A DNA stretch of 64,000 nt from an uncultured bacterium (GTDB lineage Bacteria > Armatimonadota > UBA5829 > DTLH01), in the NCBI GenBank assembly GCA_964497515.1, contig CAZCCV010000007.1:8788-72787 (forward strand). Reading direction: 5' to 3'. Below are positions 47,782 through 57,690 of the stretch, in pieces. A program made the translations under genes and the position numbers. The first letter of the stretch is position 1; each line of letters begins with the position of its first letter. The notes under the pieces are model-generated. The model saw only the letters and a list, made by a program, of their open reading frames with translations. It was not told the origin of the DNA and searched no databases.

Positions 47782-48915
47782 TTATTCTAACACGTCTGAA
47801 TGCAGTTTTATGTAAACCCTCGGGACACGTTTGCCGATAGATGTTAGCACATCGTGAGGTACTGTCTCTAGTGTCCGTGCAGCGCCCTCAACCGAGAGAT
47901 AGTCGTAACCTCCACCTAGGAGCACCACCTCATCTCCCACGGCAACTTCCGGTACCTCTGTAACATCGACGAGTATCTGATCCATACACACCCGCCCAAC
48001 AACCGGAGCACGATAACCCTTGACGGCGACATCTCCACAATTCGATAGCTTGCGGCTATAGCCATCTGCATAACCGATGGGAAGAGTGGCGACTTTCGTC
48101 CGGCGCGTTGTTGTAAAAGTCCGTCCGTAGCTAATCGTTTTTCCTGGCGGCAGTTCCTTCACATACGCAATGTTCGTAACCAGAGTAAGAGCAGGTGTCA
48201 GATTGACTGTTCTATTTACATCTGGTGATGGATACCATCCGTAAGCAGCAATTCCCGGCCGAACCATATCATAGTGCGACAAAGGATAATCCATTATCGC
48301 CCCACTGTTTGCGGTGTGGGCGATTGGTGGTAGGATTCGGCGCTCCCGCAGTTGGCTCAATACCTCACTAAAGATAGTCATTTGACTCTTTGTAAAGGAT
48401 CTATCGGGTTCATCCGAAGAAGCAAAATGAGTAAAGATGCCCTCCACGACGACGAACGGCAATTCCGATACAGCTGCAACCAGTTCTACAGCTTCTTCGG
48501 CTGGCACGCCTACTCGCCCCATCCCTGTATCCACTTTTATGTGGACGCGCACTGGCTTCTGCAGCTTTGAAGCAGCAACAGAAAGATCCGAAGCTGCGGA
48601 GAGTTCGCAGACGGTAGCTGAGATGTCGCTACTGATAATGTCGTCAGCGGAACTCGAAGAAGCGCACCCAAAGACTAATACGGGAGCCCTAATGCCATTG
48701 TCTCTTAGTTCAACGGCCTCATCAACGCTCGCAACCCCAAGCATATCGGCGCCGGCGGATAGCGCTGCCCTACTGATCCGAACAGAACCGTGACCGTAGC
48801 CATCGGCCTTCACTGCAGGCATTATTCTTACTTTGGGCCCGACGTGTGCCTTGATTGCCCGGATATTACGTGCAATTGCGTCGAGGTCTACTATCATTCG
48901 AGTTGGTCTGTGCAT
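47782..48915 (-). CDS. alr: Alanine racemase
   Basis: It has the PLP-Lys motif MPAVKADGYGHG and the C-terminal GRVCMDQ. Confidence 0.9.
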   Translation of the reverse strand: MHRPTRMIVDLDAIARNIRAIKAHVGPKVRIMPAVKADGYGHGSVRISRAALSAGADMLGVASVDEAVELRDNGIRAPVLVFGCASSSSADDIISSDISATVCELSAASDLSVAASKLQKPVRVHIKVDTGMGRVGVPAEEAVELVAAVSELPFVVVEGIFTHFASSDEPDRSFTKSQMTIFSEVLSQLRERRILPPIAHTANSGAIMDYPLSHYDMVRPGIAAYGWYPSPDVNRTVNLTPALTLVTNIAYVKELPPGKTISYGRTFTTTRRTKVATLPIGYADGYSRKLSNCGDVAVKGYRAPVVGRVCMDQILVDVTEVPEVAVGDEVVLLGGGYDYLSVEGAARTLETVPHDVLTSIGKRVPRVYIKLHSDVLE

Positions 48916-48963
48916 CTAGAGAATATCCATATGACAATAATTGGATTGCCTCGTTGTATTGGA

Positions 48964-49863
48964 TTACTCGGCAACTACAGGATTCCTGAGAACGCCAATC
49001 TTTTCTACGTAAGCTTCCATAACATCCCCGGGAACAACTGGCTTCATACCTTCTGGAGTACCCATAGCTATAACATCTCCGGGGTTCAACGTCACGTACT
49101 GAGATATCCAGGAGATAACATAAGGAACTTTGAATGTCAGGCTCCTGGTATTGTCTTTCTGTCGGATTTCACCGTTTACTCTCATTGCAAGATCCAATTC
49201 CAGAGGTTCATCAATCCCGTTTGCGAGCAGCACGTAAGGCCCCATAGGACAGAATGTGTCAATTCCTTTCGACCGAAACCACGGCAGCGATACCGCGATA
49301 TCCCGTTGCTGCAATTCTCTGGCGGTGACATCGTTTATGATGGTGTAACCTGCGATGTAGTCATTTGCATCTCCCTCGGAGATGTTCGACCCTTGCCTGG
49401 CGATAATTACAGCCAACTCCACCTCCGGGTCTACACGAGAAAGTGACTTCTTGTATATCACGGGATCTTCTGGACCAACAACCGAAGTTGATGCTTTTGA
49501 GAAGAAAATCGGCTCACTTGGAAGCTCACCAGCGTGCTCAATAGCGTGGGCTGGAAAATTCCGACCAAGTGCATATATCGCAGGAGGTCTAGGAATTGGA
49601 GCCAACAACCTGTAGTTCTCAGCCACAAAGAGCTCTTCATATAATCCGGTGCTATCAGCGAACTCTTCAATATACTCGAAAATACCGGCTTCAAACTCGC
49701 CTGATTCGATCATCTGCTGAATAGAACAAGGAGATTGAACCTCTTCACCAGACACTGCCTGATGAACCTGCAATGTGCGCGTGAAATCCAGAAGACATTC
49801 TTCCTTGACTATCCCAATCCCACACTTGCCAGTTTCAATTGTCTGATAGTTCGCTATTCTCAC
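48964..49863 (-). CDS. Fumarylacetoacetate hydrolase (FAH) family protein
   Basis: A FAH C-terminal domain is present (DPEVELAVII, GYTIINDVTARELQ, FCPMGPY, PGDVIAMGTPEG). Confidence 0.85.
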   Translation of the reverse strand: MRIANYQTIETGKCGIGIVKEECLLDFTRTLQVHQAVSGEEVQSPCSIQQMIESGEFEAGIFEYIEEFADSTGLYEELFVAENYRLLAPIPRPPAIYALGRNFPAHAIEHAGELPSEPIFFSKASTSVVGPEDPVIYKKSLSRVDPEVELAVIIARQGSNISEGDANDYIAGYTIINDVTARELQQRDIAVSLPWFRSKGIDTFCPMGPYVLLANGIDEPLELDLAMRVNGEIRQKDNTRSLTFKVPYVISWISQYVTLNPGDVIAMGTPEGMKPVVPGDVMEAYVEKIGVLRNPVVAE

Positions 49864-50918
49864 AGGGAAACCTCATCGCTTAGTTTACGCTTTTCGCAGT
49901 TGTTCGGCAAGCGAGAATGCTTAACAAAGAACTCCCAAATCGAGTTGACAGCGACGAGTTTGTCAGTTGCTTTCCCGACAATGCGCTCCGAGAGACTGTT
50001 GTGCCCACCGGGCCATACGTGCCCGTGGCCTTCTATAGCGTAGAGCAGAGCTTCTGTTCCATCCGCACGTTTGCAGAAACTGTGCACTTCAACGCCGTCA
50101 ACTTCCAAGATTAGTGCAGGAGGTGCTTCACAGCCGAGCATCTGAGACCAAGTAGAAACAGAATCTTGAATCGCGGGCTGAACGACTGTCTGTCCCCACG
50201 GGATAGTGACTGTGCCACCGTTAAACGGGTTCAATGGGTCGGATTTCCCAGAAATAGCGAGCAATGATACGGGAGGTTCGAGTCTTGCAGTACGAACCCA
50301 GAGATGCCCTGAAACCGGAGCAACTGCAGCCACAATGTCGGCCAATTCGACGCCGGTTCTATACGTCATTGAAGCCCCATTTGAAAACTCTGTAATAAAG
50401 ATTCTATCGTTATCTATAACATACTTCGACTGAATACTGGCTATCACTTGCCTGATGAAGGAGATGTCGTCTATACCAGACCTATCTGCATAGCCGCGAT
50501 TTGAACCGTCAATCCATACCTGTGGATTTTTGAGAAACGATGGTTGTTGTGATTGATCTGGCCTGGTGGCCTCTGGATATGCTACCAAGAACCCTTCATC
50601 CTCTGATTTCTGGTTCCAGCCAGTATCTTTTGCCGCCACAACAGCCGTCCCGCCAGCACCGTGAAGAACAATCAACAGTGGTACAGGGCTATTCTCTCGA
50701 TAGGACTCCGGAACATACAGCAAGTATTTGCGCCGGAAACCCTCGACCTCTAATTGAATCAACTGTATTCCAAGTCTTTTACTGTCTTTTTTCATATCAG
50801 GTACGAATAGTGCTTCTGATTCTCCACCTTTTTGCACTCCATTTGTAGAACAAGCAAAAGAAAGCGGGTCGTACCACGCCGACCCGCCATAGTAGAACCG
50901 TATGTGACTATCCAGCAC
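49860..50918 (-). CDS. PHB-depolymerase/LpqC-family esterase-like protein
   Basis: LLIVLHGAGGTA and GFLVAYPE are present. The nucleophile elbow reads EFSNG rather than GxSxG. No signal peptide is visible. The GTG start overlaps the upstream stop (TAGTG); an alternative ATG lies at 50795. Confidence 0.55.
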   Translation of the reverse strand: MLDSHIRFYYGGSAWYDPLSFACSTNGVQKGGESEALFVPDMKKDSKRLGIQLIQLEVEGFRRKYLLYVPESYRENSPVPLLIVLHGAGGTAVVAAKDTGWNQKSEDEGFLVAYPEATRPDQSQQPSFLKNPQVWIDGSNRGYADRSGIDDISFIRQVIASIQSKYVIDNDRIFITEFSNGASMTYRTGVELADIVAAVAPVSGHLWVRTARLEPPVSLLAISGKSDPLNPFNGGTVTIPWGQTVVQPAIQDSVSTWSQMLGCEAPPALILEVDGVEVHSFCKRADGTEALLYAIEGHGHVWPGGHNSLSERIVGKATDKLVAVNSIWEFFVKHSRLPNNCEKRKLSDEVSL

Positions 50919-52960
50919 TACAGACCCAAAGGTGTTCCGTAGTACACGGTCTCGTCGCCTTTAATCTTCACTGTAACTGGAATGACTGCAGTCTCAGTAT
51001 TCCCCGCAGCATACGCCACGTTAAATGCAGTGACATCTGTAAAGCCGTAAAGGTCTTTGCCGTCCTTCTTCACAGTGACCAGGAACACGCCGTTAAAGCC
51101 CACCACGTGTATAGGACCAAACGGATTATCGCTGATCACGCAGCCGCTTTCGGTGACAAGAGTTGGAGTCTTCCTGTTCTGGAGCGCGAAGATTCCGCTG
51201 GCGTTTGTTTTGCCTTCGTGAACGACTGTATTGCTGATCTTGCGATCTTTCGTCTGATAGACCTTGATCTCAGCATTGCTGATAGGGTTACCACGCTCAT
51301 CGATAATTGATAGCGAGCACTCTTTTGGAATCTGGAACAGATACTCGCCGTAGTAACCACGCCTTTTCCCCTTGGTGGCGTTCAATCCCTGAACATTGCT
51401 GGGAGAATACGGGTTAAACAATCTCTGAAGATTTGGGAGCGGCGAACAGTCACCACCACCCATAATTCCGGCGTTTCGATAGTTGTGCGCAACACCGTTA
51501 ACTGCATTGTTTTCTGGTTCAACAATGGTCTGATAGTCATCTATCACGCCAATCTGGTGTGACAGTTCGTGCAGCCACGCATCATTCGGACTTCCGATGT
51601 AATTTAGATACTCGTGGATACCGCCACTGCCGCGCCCCCACGGATTATCGTATGCCGTAAGACCTCGGCCACCGTCCAGGCTTAGATCAGTCTCACCAAC
51701 CCTAAAAGGTCCTGCGCCAAGCGCAACTACATCACCGTCTTCCACATACTCGATCTTACCTGCCATTACGCGTTGGGTGATTCCGTTGGGCGCAAAGCCG
51801 TATTTGGAGAACTCGAATAGTCGATTCATATAATAAAGCTGACCCTGCAACCAGTCTTCGCACGAGTATGAACCGTACATATTGCGCTTTGTCTCCATTC
51901 GAGTGAGCGCACCACGTTCCACCATAAACCTGTACATCAGCGCATTGGTTCTGATAGTGAGATCGTTGTTGTAGTCGCAGTAATCCTCGCCATTGGGGAT
52001 GATCTTGAATGTGAGATCGTGATCGGCGGGATCCCAATTCCACTTCCAATCGAAGGAAGCCTTTTCCCTGGGCCTAAGCGTCTGCAGATCCCCACCAGAG
52101 ACCTCCTTGCCGTCCATTATCCACACGTATTTGCCACCCAAGCTACGTTTCCCTTTGTTCTGCACGTAGGCCGTGAAGGTTACTTCCTCGCCATCGTCAG
52201 GCTGATGCTTGCTCTCGGCATTTCTGCAAAATGAGTACGGCACACCACGAGTCCAGCCGGCAGGCGGAGTGCGCTCGCCAACATCATACCGCTCGTATTT
52301 CGGGTTTCTTTCGATATTCAGCACATCCAGATCGCCAGCGTTTTCGTTTGGTGGTGTATATGGGATGGGGTTCGGCCCAAACTTGACGTCATCAAACAGA
52401 ACTGAATGCGCAGCGCCCTCGGGCAAGTTGCCGCCATCCAGATGAATTTCGAAGTAGTCTATATGCTCAATTGAAGGATTGAGAAAATAGACATAATCCC
52501 AACCGGCAGCCTCTTTGATCGGAATGCGCACAGTCTGCCATTTGCCGGGAACTTCAGTAATGACCTGTGCACCACCTCGCGCAGGGCGTATCCTTATGCA
52601 GCTTCCATCACGATTCCAAAGGTAAAGTGTAGGACTAGTCCAACCCGGTTTATAACCGGCTTGGGGCTTGATTTGAAATTCCAGATATTCTGTATCAGAA
52701 AGATCCCAATCTGCATTTCTGAAGTTGGGAAATGTGAGATAGTGACCACTGTAGGTCGAATGGTTTAGAGCCAAGGAGTATTTTCCAACAGCACAGTCCT
52801 GTGTAACAGATTCCATGGTTGCGAGATAGATATAATCCATCGCTCCAGCCGACCACAATTCGGGAGTCTCAGTATAATCGTTGTCAGCCATTGCTACCAC
52901 TGCTGACACAAAGAATGCCAAGACCAGAAACGAAATTGTCAGTCTCATTGATTTGTTCAA
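50918..52960 (-). CDS. Secreted multidomain protein with HExxH motif (putative zinc metallopeptidase)
   Basis: It has a signal peptide, a CARDB-like segment, WLHELSHQIGVIDDY (the HExxH motif) and a C-terminal carboxypeptidase-regulatory-like domain. Confidence 0.45.
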   Translation of the reverse strand: MNKSMRLTISFLVLAFFVSAVVAMADNDYTETPELWSAGAMDYIYLATMESVTQDCAVGKYSLALNHSTYSGHYLTFPNFRNADWDLSDTEYLEFQIKPQAGYKPGWTSPTLYLWNRDGSCIRIRPARGGAQVITEVPGKWQTVRIPIKEAAGWDYVYFLNPSIEHIDYFEIHLDGGNLPEGAAHSVLFDDVKFGPNPIPYTPPNENAGDLDVLNIERNPKYERYDVGERTPPAGWTRGVPYSFCRNAESKHQPDDGEEVTFTAYVQNKGKRSLGGKYVWIMDGKEVSGGDLQTLRPREKASFDWKWNWDPADHDLTFKIIPNGEDYCDYNNDLTIRTNALMYRFMVERGALTRMETKRNMYGSYSCEDWLQGQLYYMNRLFEFSKYGFAPNGITQRVMAGKIEYVEDGDVVALGAGPFRVGETDLSLDGGRGLTAYDNPWGRGSGGIHEYLNYIGSPNDAWLHELSHQIGVIDDYQTIVEPENNAVNGVAHNYRNAGIMGGGDCSPLPNLQRLFNPYSPSNVQGLNATKGKRRGYYGEYLFQIPKECSLSIIDERGNPISNAEIKVYQTKDRKISNTVVHEGKTNASGIFALQNRKTPTLVTESGCVISDNPFGPIHVVGFNGVFLVTVKKDGKDLYGFTDVTAFNVAYAAGNTETAVIPVTVKIKGDETVYYGTPLGL

Positions 52961-53087
52961 GTGTGTCTCCCTTCAAAGCAACATCCTCTTTTCATTGCGC
53001 GGAGTGCGCCAAGCGGTGTTGAGTCTATTCTACTACTCAGACCAGTTGCTAGCAAGCGAAGCGATGGAGAAATCTGAGCATTACACC

Positions 53088-54476
53088 TTAGGTTTCACTT
53101 TTGTGTCTTTTGGATTTGATGGACTCGTGAGGCATTTCCGCGGAACGTTTCAGCACCTGTTTTATAATTATCCACCAGTTATACTCCTCCACCTGCGACA
53201 GATCGAATATCTTGACCCCACCGGTGCGGCTGACAGCCATCTCCAGCGCCTTCTTGAAATTCTCAGGTTTGTTCTGATACTCCTTCACATAGATGCCAGC
53301 GTAAACGTGACAGGCATCGTTTACAGCCGAAAGTGCAGTAGCAGCACCGCCCTCCACCGTCCACCAGGGAGTAACTCCACTTTTGGCCATCACAATACTG
53401 CCGTAGCAATTAGGCACCAAAAAATCGAGTGATTCCGCGAACCCTGCCTGTCGATACTTCTGCGTATACCACCAACGTGCCTTATTCATAGTGTAGCTGC
53501 GGCTTGCCCAGTTCGCTCCCTCCGGCACGTATTCGGGATACCAAGCACCTACTACAGCACCGAAAGCTGCTACTGGCCTGGTTTTTGTGACTGTATCGCT
53601 TGCATTGCGGACGAAATCGCCGATAACCTGAGCCCGCCATTCCACCCATTTCGTAATATACGGCCCTGGGACTATACTCCAACCCGCCGGCGCAGGAAGA
53701 TTGGGATCTGCAGAAAGAGTCCCCTTCCCCCCTTTGAGCACATAGACATCCTCTGGCCATCTGCCGACTCTGTCTCCTATATACTCTTCAAAAGCCTTGC
53801 GAGACTCTTCGCTGAAGTCCGAACGGATGCCATCGTACCGGCAGCGGTCTATCACAATGCCATCTACCTGGTATTTGCGTGCGACCTCTTCGATTATCGA
53901 AAGCTCATATTGCTGGACAGACGAAATTACAGGATTTACAAAGACGAAAACACCCGAGCGGGACTCTTCAGAACGAATGAGTGCCGGTTTGCCGTCAGAG
54001 GCTATATCGTAGATCACAGTTTGCCATTCAGGGAACTTAGTGTAGGCGGGCCCAGACTTATCCGAAAGACGACCCTCAGCAAACACCATCAGCATCGCAT
54101 AGACTCGAAGCCCACGTTTGTGCCCCTCCTCAATGGTGGTCTGGAGCAAATCGTATTCTTTCGGGTAGTCGAACCTATCCACGAAGTTCCCCATCCGCGG
54201 TGCAATATCGCTGTTATAAAGCGCGAAGCCGCACGAAGACTTGACTCCTACAGCTACCCCGTTGATCCCGGAATCGACACACTTGTCGAGTATTTTGGCG
54301 ACTTTCTCTCTGCTTGACAGCCTTTCGAGATTGGCGGTAGCATCGAACCATATGAGGTTTGCTTTTATACCGTTCTTTCGACTCTGTTCAAGGAGTGTCA
54401 GATCGGCTACCGCTGAAGAGGCGAAGACAGATATTGCGGCAAGTATCATAATTAGCACAATTGACTGGTTTCTCAT
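53088..54476 (-). CDS. Secreted glycoside-hydrolase-like protein, GHL10/DUF187 family
   Basis: The ORF opens at 54533. ATG 54476 gives a signal peptide. WFDATANLERLS...GINGVAVGVKSSCGFALYNS fits the GHL10 pattern (from memory). Confidence 0.55.
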   Translation of the reverse strand: MRNQSIVLIMILAAISVFASSAVADLTLLEQSRKNGIKANLIWFDATANLERLSSREKVAKILDKCVDSGINGVAVGVKSSCGFALYNSDIAPRMGNFVDRFDYPKEYDLLQTTIEEGHKRGLRVYAMLMVFAEGRLSDKSGPAYTKFPEWQTVIYDIASDGKPALIRSEESRSGVFVFVNPVISSVQQYELSIIEEVARKYQVDGIVIDRCRYDGIRSDFSEESRKAFEEYIGDRVGRWPEDVYVLKGGKGTLSADPNLPAPAGWSIVPGPYITKWVEWRAQVIGDFVRNASDTVTKTRPVAAFGAVVGAWYPEYVPEGANWASRSYTMNKARWWYTQKYRQAGFAESLDFLVPNCYGSIVMAKSGVTPWWTVEGGAATALSAVNDACHVYAGIYVKEYQNKPENFKKALEMAVSRTGGVKIFDLSQVEEYNWWIIIKQVLKRSAEMPHESIKSKRHKSET

Positions 54477-54596
54477 CGTGTCCTTATGATACCACAAGCT
54501 TCTCAGAACGCATGTGGCACGCGAAGCTTTCATTATCTACATTCCATGGTATAATCCGAGTACGGAAAGGTTGTGCGTTCGAGGGGGGCGACTCAG

Positions 54597-54884
54597 ATGC
54601 CTGCTGAAGATGCTGGAATGACCCGATTGGTGCGAAGAGAGATCAGCCGCCGATACGTTGATTCTACCTTTGTAGATATCAAAGTGATGCACGGCATATG
54701 CTATCTCCGGGGCTATATCAAGCAGCTTCGTGGACACGATGCAGATTTGCAGGAAGAGCACGATATCATCCTGAGAATACTGCGACAGAAGCCGGGAATC
54801 CGGGACGTTATTTCTGAGCTCGATTTAGGTGGCCCGGGACTCCGCGACTGGGTCAAATCGACAAACAAAGCGAAGCGTTGGTAG
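54597..54884 (+). CDS. Small BON-domain-like protein
   Basis: The ORF opens at GTG 54573; GAGGGGGG lies 8 nt upstream of ATG 54597. An extended -10 (TGGTATAAT) lies at 54547-54555. DIKVMHGICYLRGYI...KPGIRDVISEL is BON-like. Confidence 0.3.
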   Translation: MPAEDAGMTRLVRREISRRYVDSTFVDIKVMHGICYLRGYIKQLRGHDADLQEEHDIILRILRQKPGIRDVISELDLGGPGLRDWVKSTNKAKRW

Positions 54885-54888
54885 CCGC

Positions 54889-56625
54889 TCATTTGATTCC
54901 TGGGGTTATATCCACAGTCTTTTCACGACTGTATACCACAAACCCTGGAGCGGATGCGCGCGGCTTCCGCACGTGCTTCTTGAGCGTGTAATCCACTGCA
55001 ACCAGCCTGGAATGCTTTGCATCACTATTTTTGGCAGCGATTTCGGCCGCTTGTCTCACGGTAGCGAGAGGTACAGCATCCGGTTTGTTGGCCGTTCTGA
55101 CTACCACGTGTGCCCCTGTCACTGAGCGAGCGTGAAACCACATATCATTCGAACGCGCTACCTTGGTAGTAAGATAATCATTGGATGTACTGTTTTCACC
55201 GTACAGAATCTCGTACCCATCTTCTGAAATCACGCGGCGAATTCTGGCTCCTGCAAACTCAGGTTCCTCTTTCCGCCTCTGTTCTGCCGGCTTTCTTTCT
55301 GCTCTCAGCAACCCACGTTCGGTTAGAGTCATTCGCAGAGCTTTGAAGTCTTCTGAAGCTACCGCTCTGGACAGATCATTTTGAGCGTTTTGGAGAAGAA
55401 CAATCTCCTTTTCGGTCTCTCTTTGCCGCTCTTCCGCTGCGGCTGCGCCATCGAGTGCCTTCCGATAGCGCTTGAAGTAACGTTCAGCGTTCTCTTTTGC
55501 GGATTGCTTTTCATCCAATGGGATCTCGATTTCACCCATATTCGGATCGTAATAGTCAACTAACCTCGCAACACTCTGGCCTTTGGAGACACTGTTTCCA
55601 GCTGCCATCAAGAGTTCGCCATACTGTTTGTATCTTTCCGACTTATCGCGTTCGGCAATAGCTTTTTCAGTATCTCGCAGTATCTGCTTCCGCCACGCGA
55701 TAGCGCGTTTGATACCATTCTCAAGTGCAGTGTACTCTGTATCAAAATCGCTGCAGCGAATGAGGTCACGAAACAGGGTATCGAGCACTTCATTCATCGA
55801 TTGGCGCTCGTGCTGATTTGCAATTGGATACTGACCGACGGGTATCGGATAGGCATATGCCGACTTACCTCGATCATCTACGATTAGCACTGGCGCGTAA
55901 TCCTGCTCTGCAACAATCGCACGTAGCACACCTAACGCAGACTCCACCGCAGAAAGGCTGGAAGATCCTGCTCTTTGCACCAATTCCTGAGCTAAGAATG
56001 GGCCGATGCCGTTAAAAGCAGCTACAAGCCAGCGGGTGACATCCTCGACCGATGCATCCTCCGATAGCCCTTCCCGCCAAAGGCTGGCAATGATCTGCTG
56101 ACTACTTTCCAAAGGATTCGCCTTCGCACCTCCGGGGGGAGAAAGATAGTCGCGACCGGGAAGAATCTGTCGGTAACGACTCACAGCAGCTGTAATGTTC
56201 TTAGCAGCACCTAGAATACGCCCAGAATCACTCGTTAGGATCAGATTGCTGTGCTTACCCATCAACTCCAGAATCAGTGCGTTTCTGTTACCATCGGGAG
56301 CCTCGGTCTTGATGATGGCAACTCGATCGAACCCAACCTGCTCAATGCTAGTGATTCTACTACCCTTCAAATACTTCCTAAGAAGCATACAGAAGCCGTG
56401 TGGCGTCTGTGGCACAGGCAAATTGGATGCTGTAGTATGAAGTCGTGCAAACCTGGCGTGAACTGAAGCAAAGAGCAGATTCGTGCGCCCTCTACTTCGA
56501 ACTTCGAAGGTAAAATCAGTATCGTTGTGCTGGCGGATCCCTTGAATTGGCCCACCAGCTATCGTACGCTTAAGCTCAGATATGACTGCAGCAAGTACTA
56601 ATCCGTCGTAGGTCATCATAATCAC
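54889..56625 (-). CDS. rqcH: Rqc2/RqcH (NFACT, FbpA-like) ribosome quality-control protein
   Basis: It has the N-terminal MTYDGLVLAAV, a central coiled coil, and the C-terminal NFACT-R block DMWFHARSVTGAHVVVR. The start is ambiguous (56625, 56619 or 56616). Confidence 0.85.
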   Translation of the reverse strand: MIMMTYDGLVLAAVISELKRTIAGGPIQGIRQHNDTDFTFEVRSRGRTNLLFASVHARFARLHTTASNLPVPQTPHGFCMLLRKYLKGSRITSIEQVGFDRVAIIKTEAPDGNRNALILELMGKHSNLILTSDSGRILGAAKNITAAVSRYRQILPGRDYLSPPGGAKANPLESSQQIIASLWREGLSEDASVEDVTRWLVAAFNGIGPFLAQELVQRAGSSSLSAVESALGVLRAIVAEQDYAPVLIVDDRGKSAYAYPIPVGQYPIANQHERQSMNEVLDTLFRDLIRCSDFDTEYTALENGIKRAIAWRKQILRDTEKAIAERDKSERYKQYGELLMAAGNSVSKGQSVARLVDYYDPNMGEIEIPLDEKQSAKENAERYFKRYRKALDGAAAAEERQRETEKEIVLLQNAQNDLSRAVASEDFKALRMTLTERGLLRAERKPAEQRRKEEPEFAGARIRRVISEDGYEILYGENSTSNDYLTTKVARSNDMWFHARSVTGAHVVVRTANKPDAVPLATVRQAAEIAAKNSDAKHSRLVAVDYTLKKHVRKPRASAPGFVVYSREKTVDITPGIK

Positions 56626-56700
56626 GACATTGTATCATACGCTAAGCCAAGAGCTGTAGGCCAGTGTAGCGCAGGAAATCGGTCTTCAGTAGTGATACAT

Positions 56701-56733
56701 ACAGAAACGGCTCGAGACGAAAGCCTCGAGCCG
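56701..56733 (-). terminator. Rho-independent terminator
   Basis: 9-bp stem CGGCTCGAG/CTCGAGCCG followed on the minus strand by TTTCTGT, 23 nt after the stop at 56756. Confidence 0.6.
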
Positions 56734-56755
56734 AACTTTCAGATCTAATACTCAT

Positions 56756-57466
56756 CTATGGGTCGACATCCCAATACTTGTATTTGCAGCGCTCTTCTTG
56801 GAGAGCCGACCACGGAGCCCATTTCGCGTGTCCATCCAAATACACCAAGGTACTGCCGTTGTAGTGAACCTTACCGCCGAAATCCTGACCCGAATCGTAC
56901 TGTCTGGGCACAAAAATCCCGTCATTGATGCCCTGTATGCCGGCGCCGCCTGGATCACCGCGAGTCTCTTGGATGAAGATCATAACCTTCGATAGCTTCT
57001 TATACTGCATCGACTCCACTTTCACAACTCTACGTGAACCGTCTCCCCGATATCCACTGCAGACGTCCTGATTAATGGAATATGAGATCGGGAAGAGTGC
57101 CGGGTTTGTTACATACCTTCCTTTGACATTCTTGTCAGTTGGGCACATAAATATCCCAGAAGTCTTTGCGTAGGGATATAGCTGAGCGCGGCGGATGTCT
57201 GCCCGAGTCACCCCTGGGCCGTCACACCCGCACCAGTTGCTTGTCGCTGGAGTCCAGTAGTCCCAGCCGGCAAATGGCGTACCACCATTATTGTCGTCGC
57301 AGTAACGCTGGAACGCAAGGTGAAGCTGCTTCAAGTTCGAAATGCACTGGCTGACTCTGGCCTGTTCTTTCGCGTTAATGAACACGGGAAAAAGGATAGC
57401 TGCCAGAATCGCAATTATCGCGATCACTACGAGCAGCTCAATCAGTGTAAAACCTCGTCTCGTCAT
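56756..57466 (-). CDS. Prepilin-type N-terminal cleavage/methylation protein, DUF1559 with H-X9-DG motif
   Basis: The ORF opens at 57532; ATG 57466 has AAGGAGG upstream. It has [27 protein letters not shown] and the C-terminal [13 protein letters not shown] (H-X9-DG). Confidence 0.85.
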   Translation of the reverse strand: MTRRGFTLIELLVVIAIIAILAAILFPVFINAKEQARVSQCISNLKQLHLAFQRYCDDNNGGTPFAGWDYWTPATSNWCGCDGPGVTRADIRRAQLYPYAKTSGIFMCPTDKNVKGRYVTNPALFPISYSINQDVCSGYRGDGSRRVVKVESMQYKKLSKVMIFIQETRGDPGGAGIQGINDGIFVPRQYDSGQDFGGKVHYNGSTLVYLDGHAKWAPWSALQEERCKYKYWDVDP

Positions 57467-57651
57467 ATCTAGCCTCCTTAAACGGCTAACCAATAACGTG
57501 AAGCGTGTTTGATTGTGAGCCCCGCAGATCACTATCGACTTCGCGCACTATGAGCTTTATAACACGTGCAGGTGCTATAGTCAATAACGCAAATGGGCTA
57601 CTCTATCACTACCAGACGGTTACTGAACACACTGTTTTAGGATGCAATCTG

Positions 57652-57681
57652 TTGAGCATTGACTCTGGCTTGTCGTATAAT
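57652..57681 (+). promoter_or_regulatory. Promoter TTGAGC-18-TATAAT, 9 nt before ATG 57691
   Basis: TTGAGC at 57652-57657 and TATAAT at 57676-57681. The spacing implies a very short leader or a leaderless mRNA. Confidence 0.4.
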
Positions 57682-57690
57682 GATCGGGAA

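Noticed and set aside
41236-57466. Reading the PilB-like ATPase and the DUF1559 prepilin-like gene as one type IV pilus locus
   Set aside because: The two genes are 14 kb apart and separated by unrelated metabolic genes. No PilC, PilM-Q or prepilin peptidase is present. DUF1559/H-X9-DG proteins are typically numerous and dispersed in the phyla that carry them.
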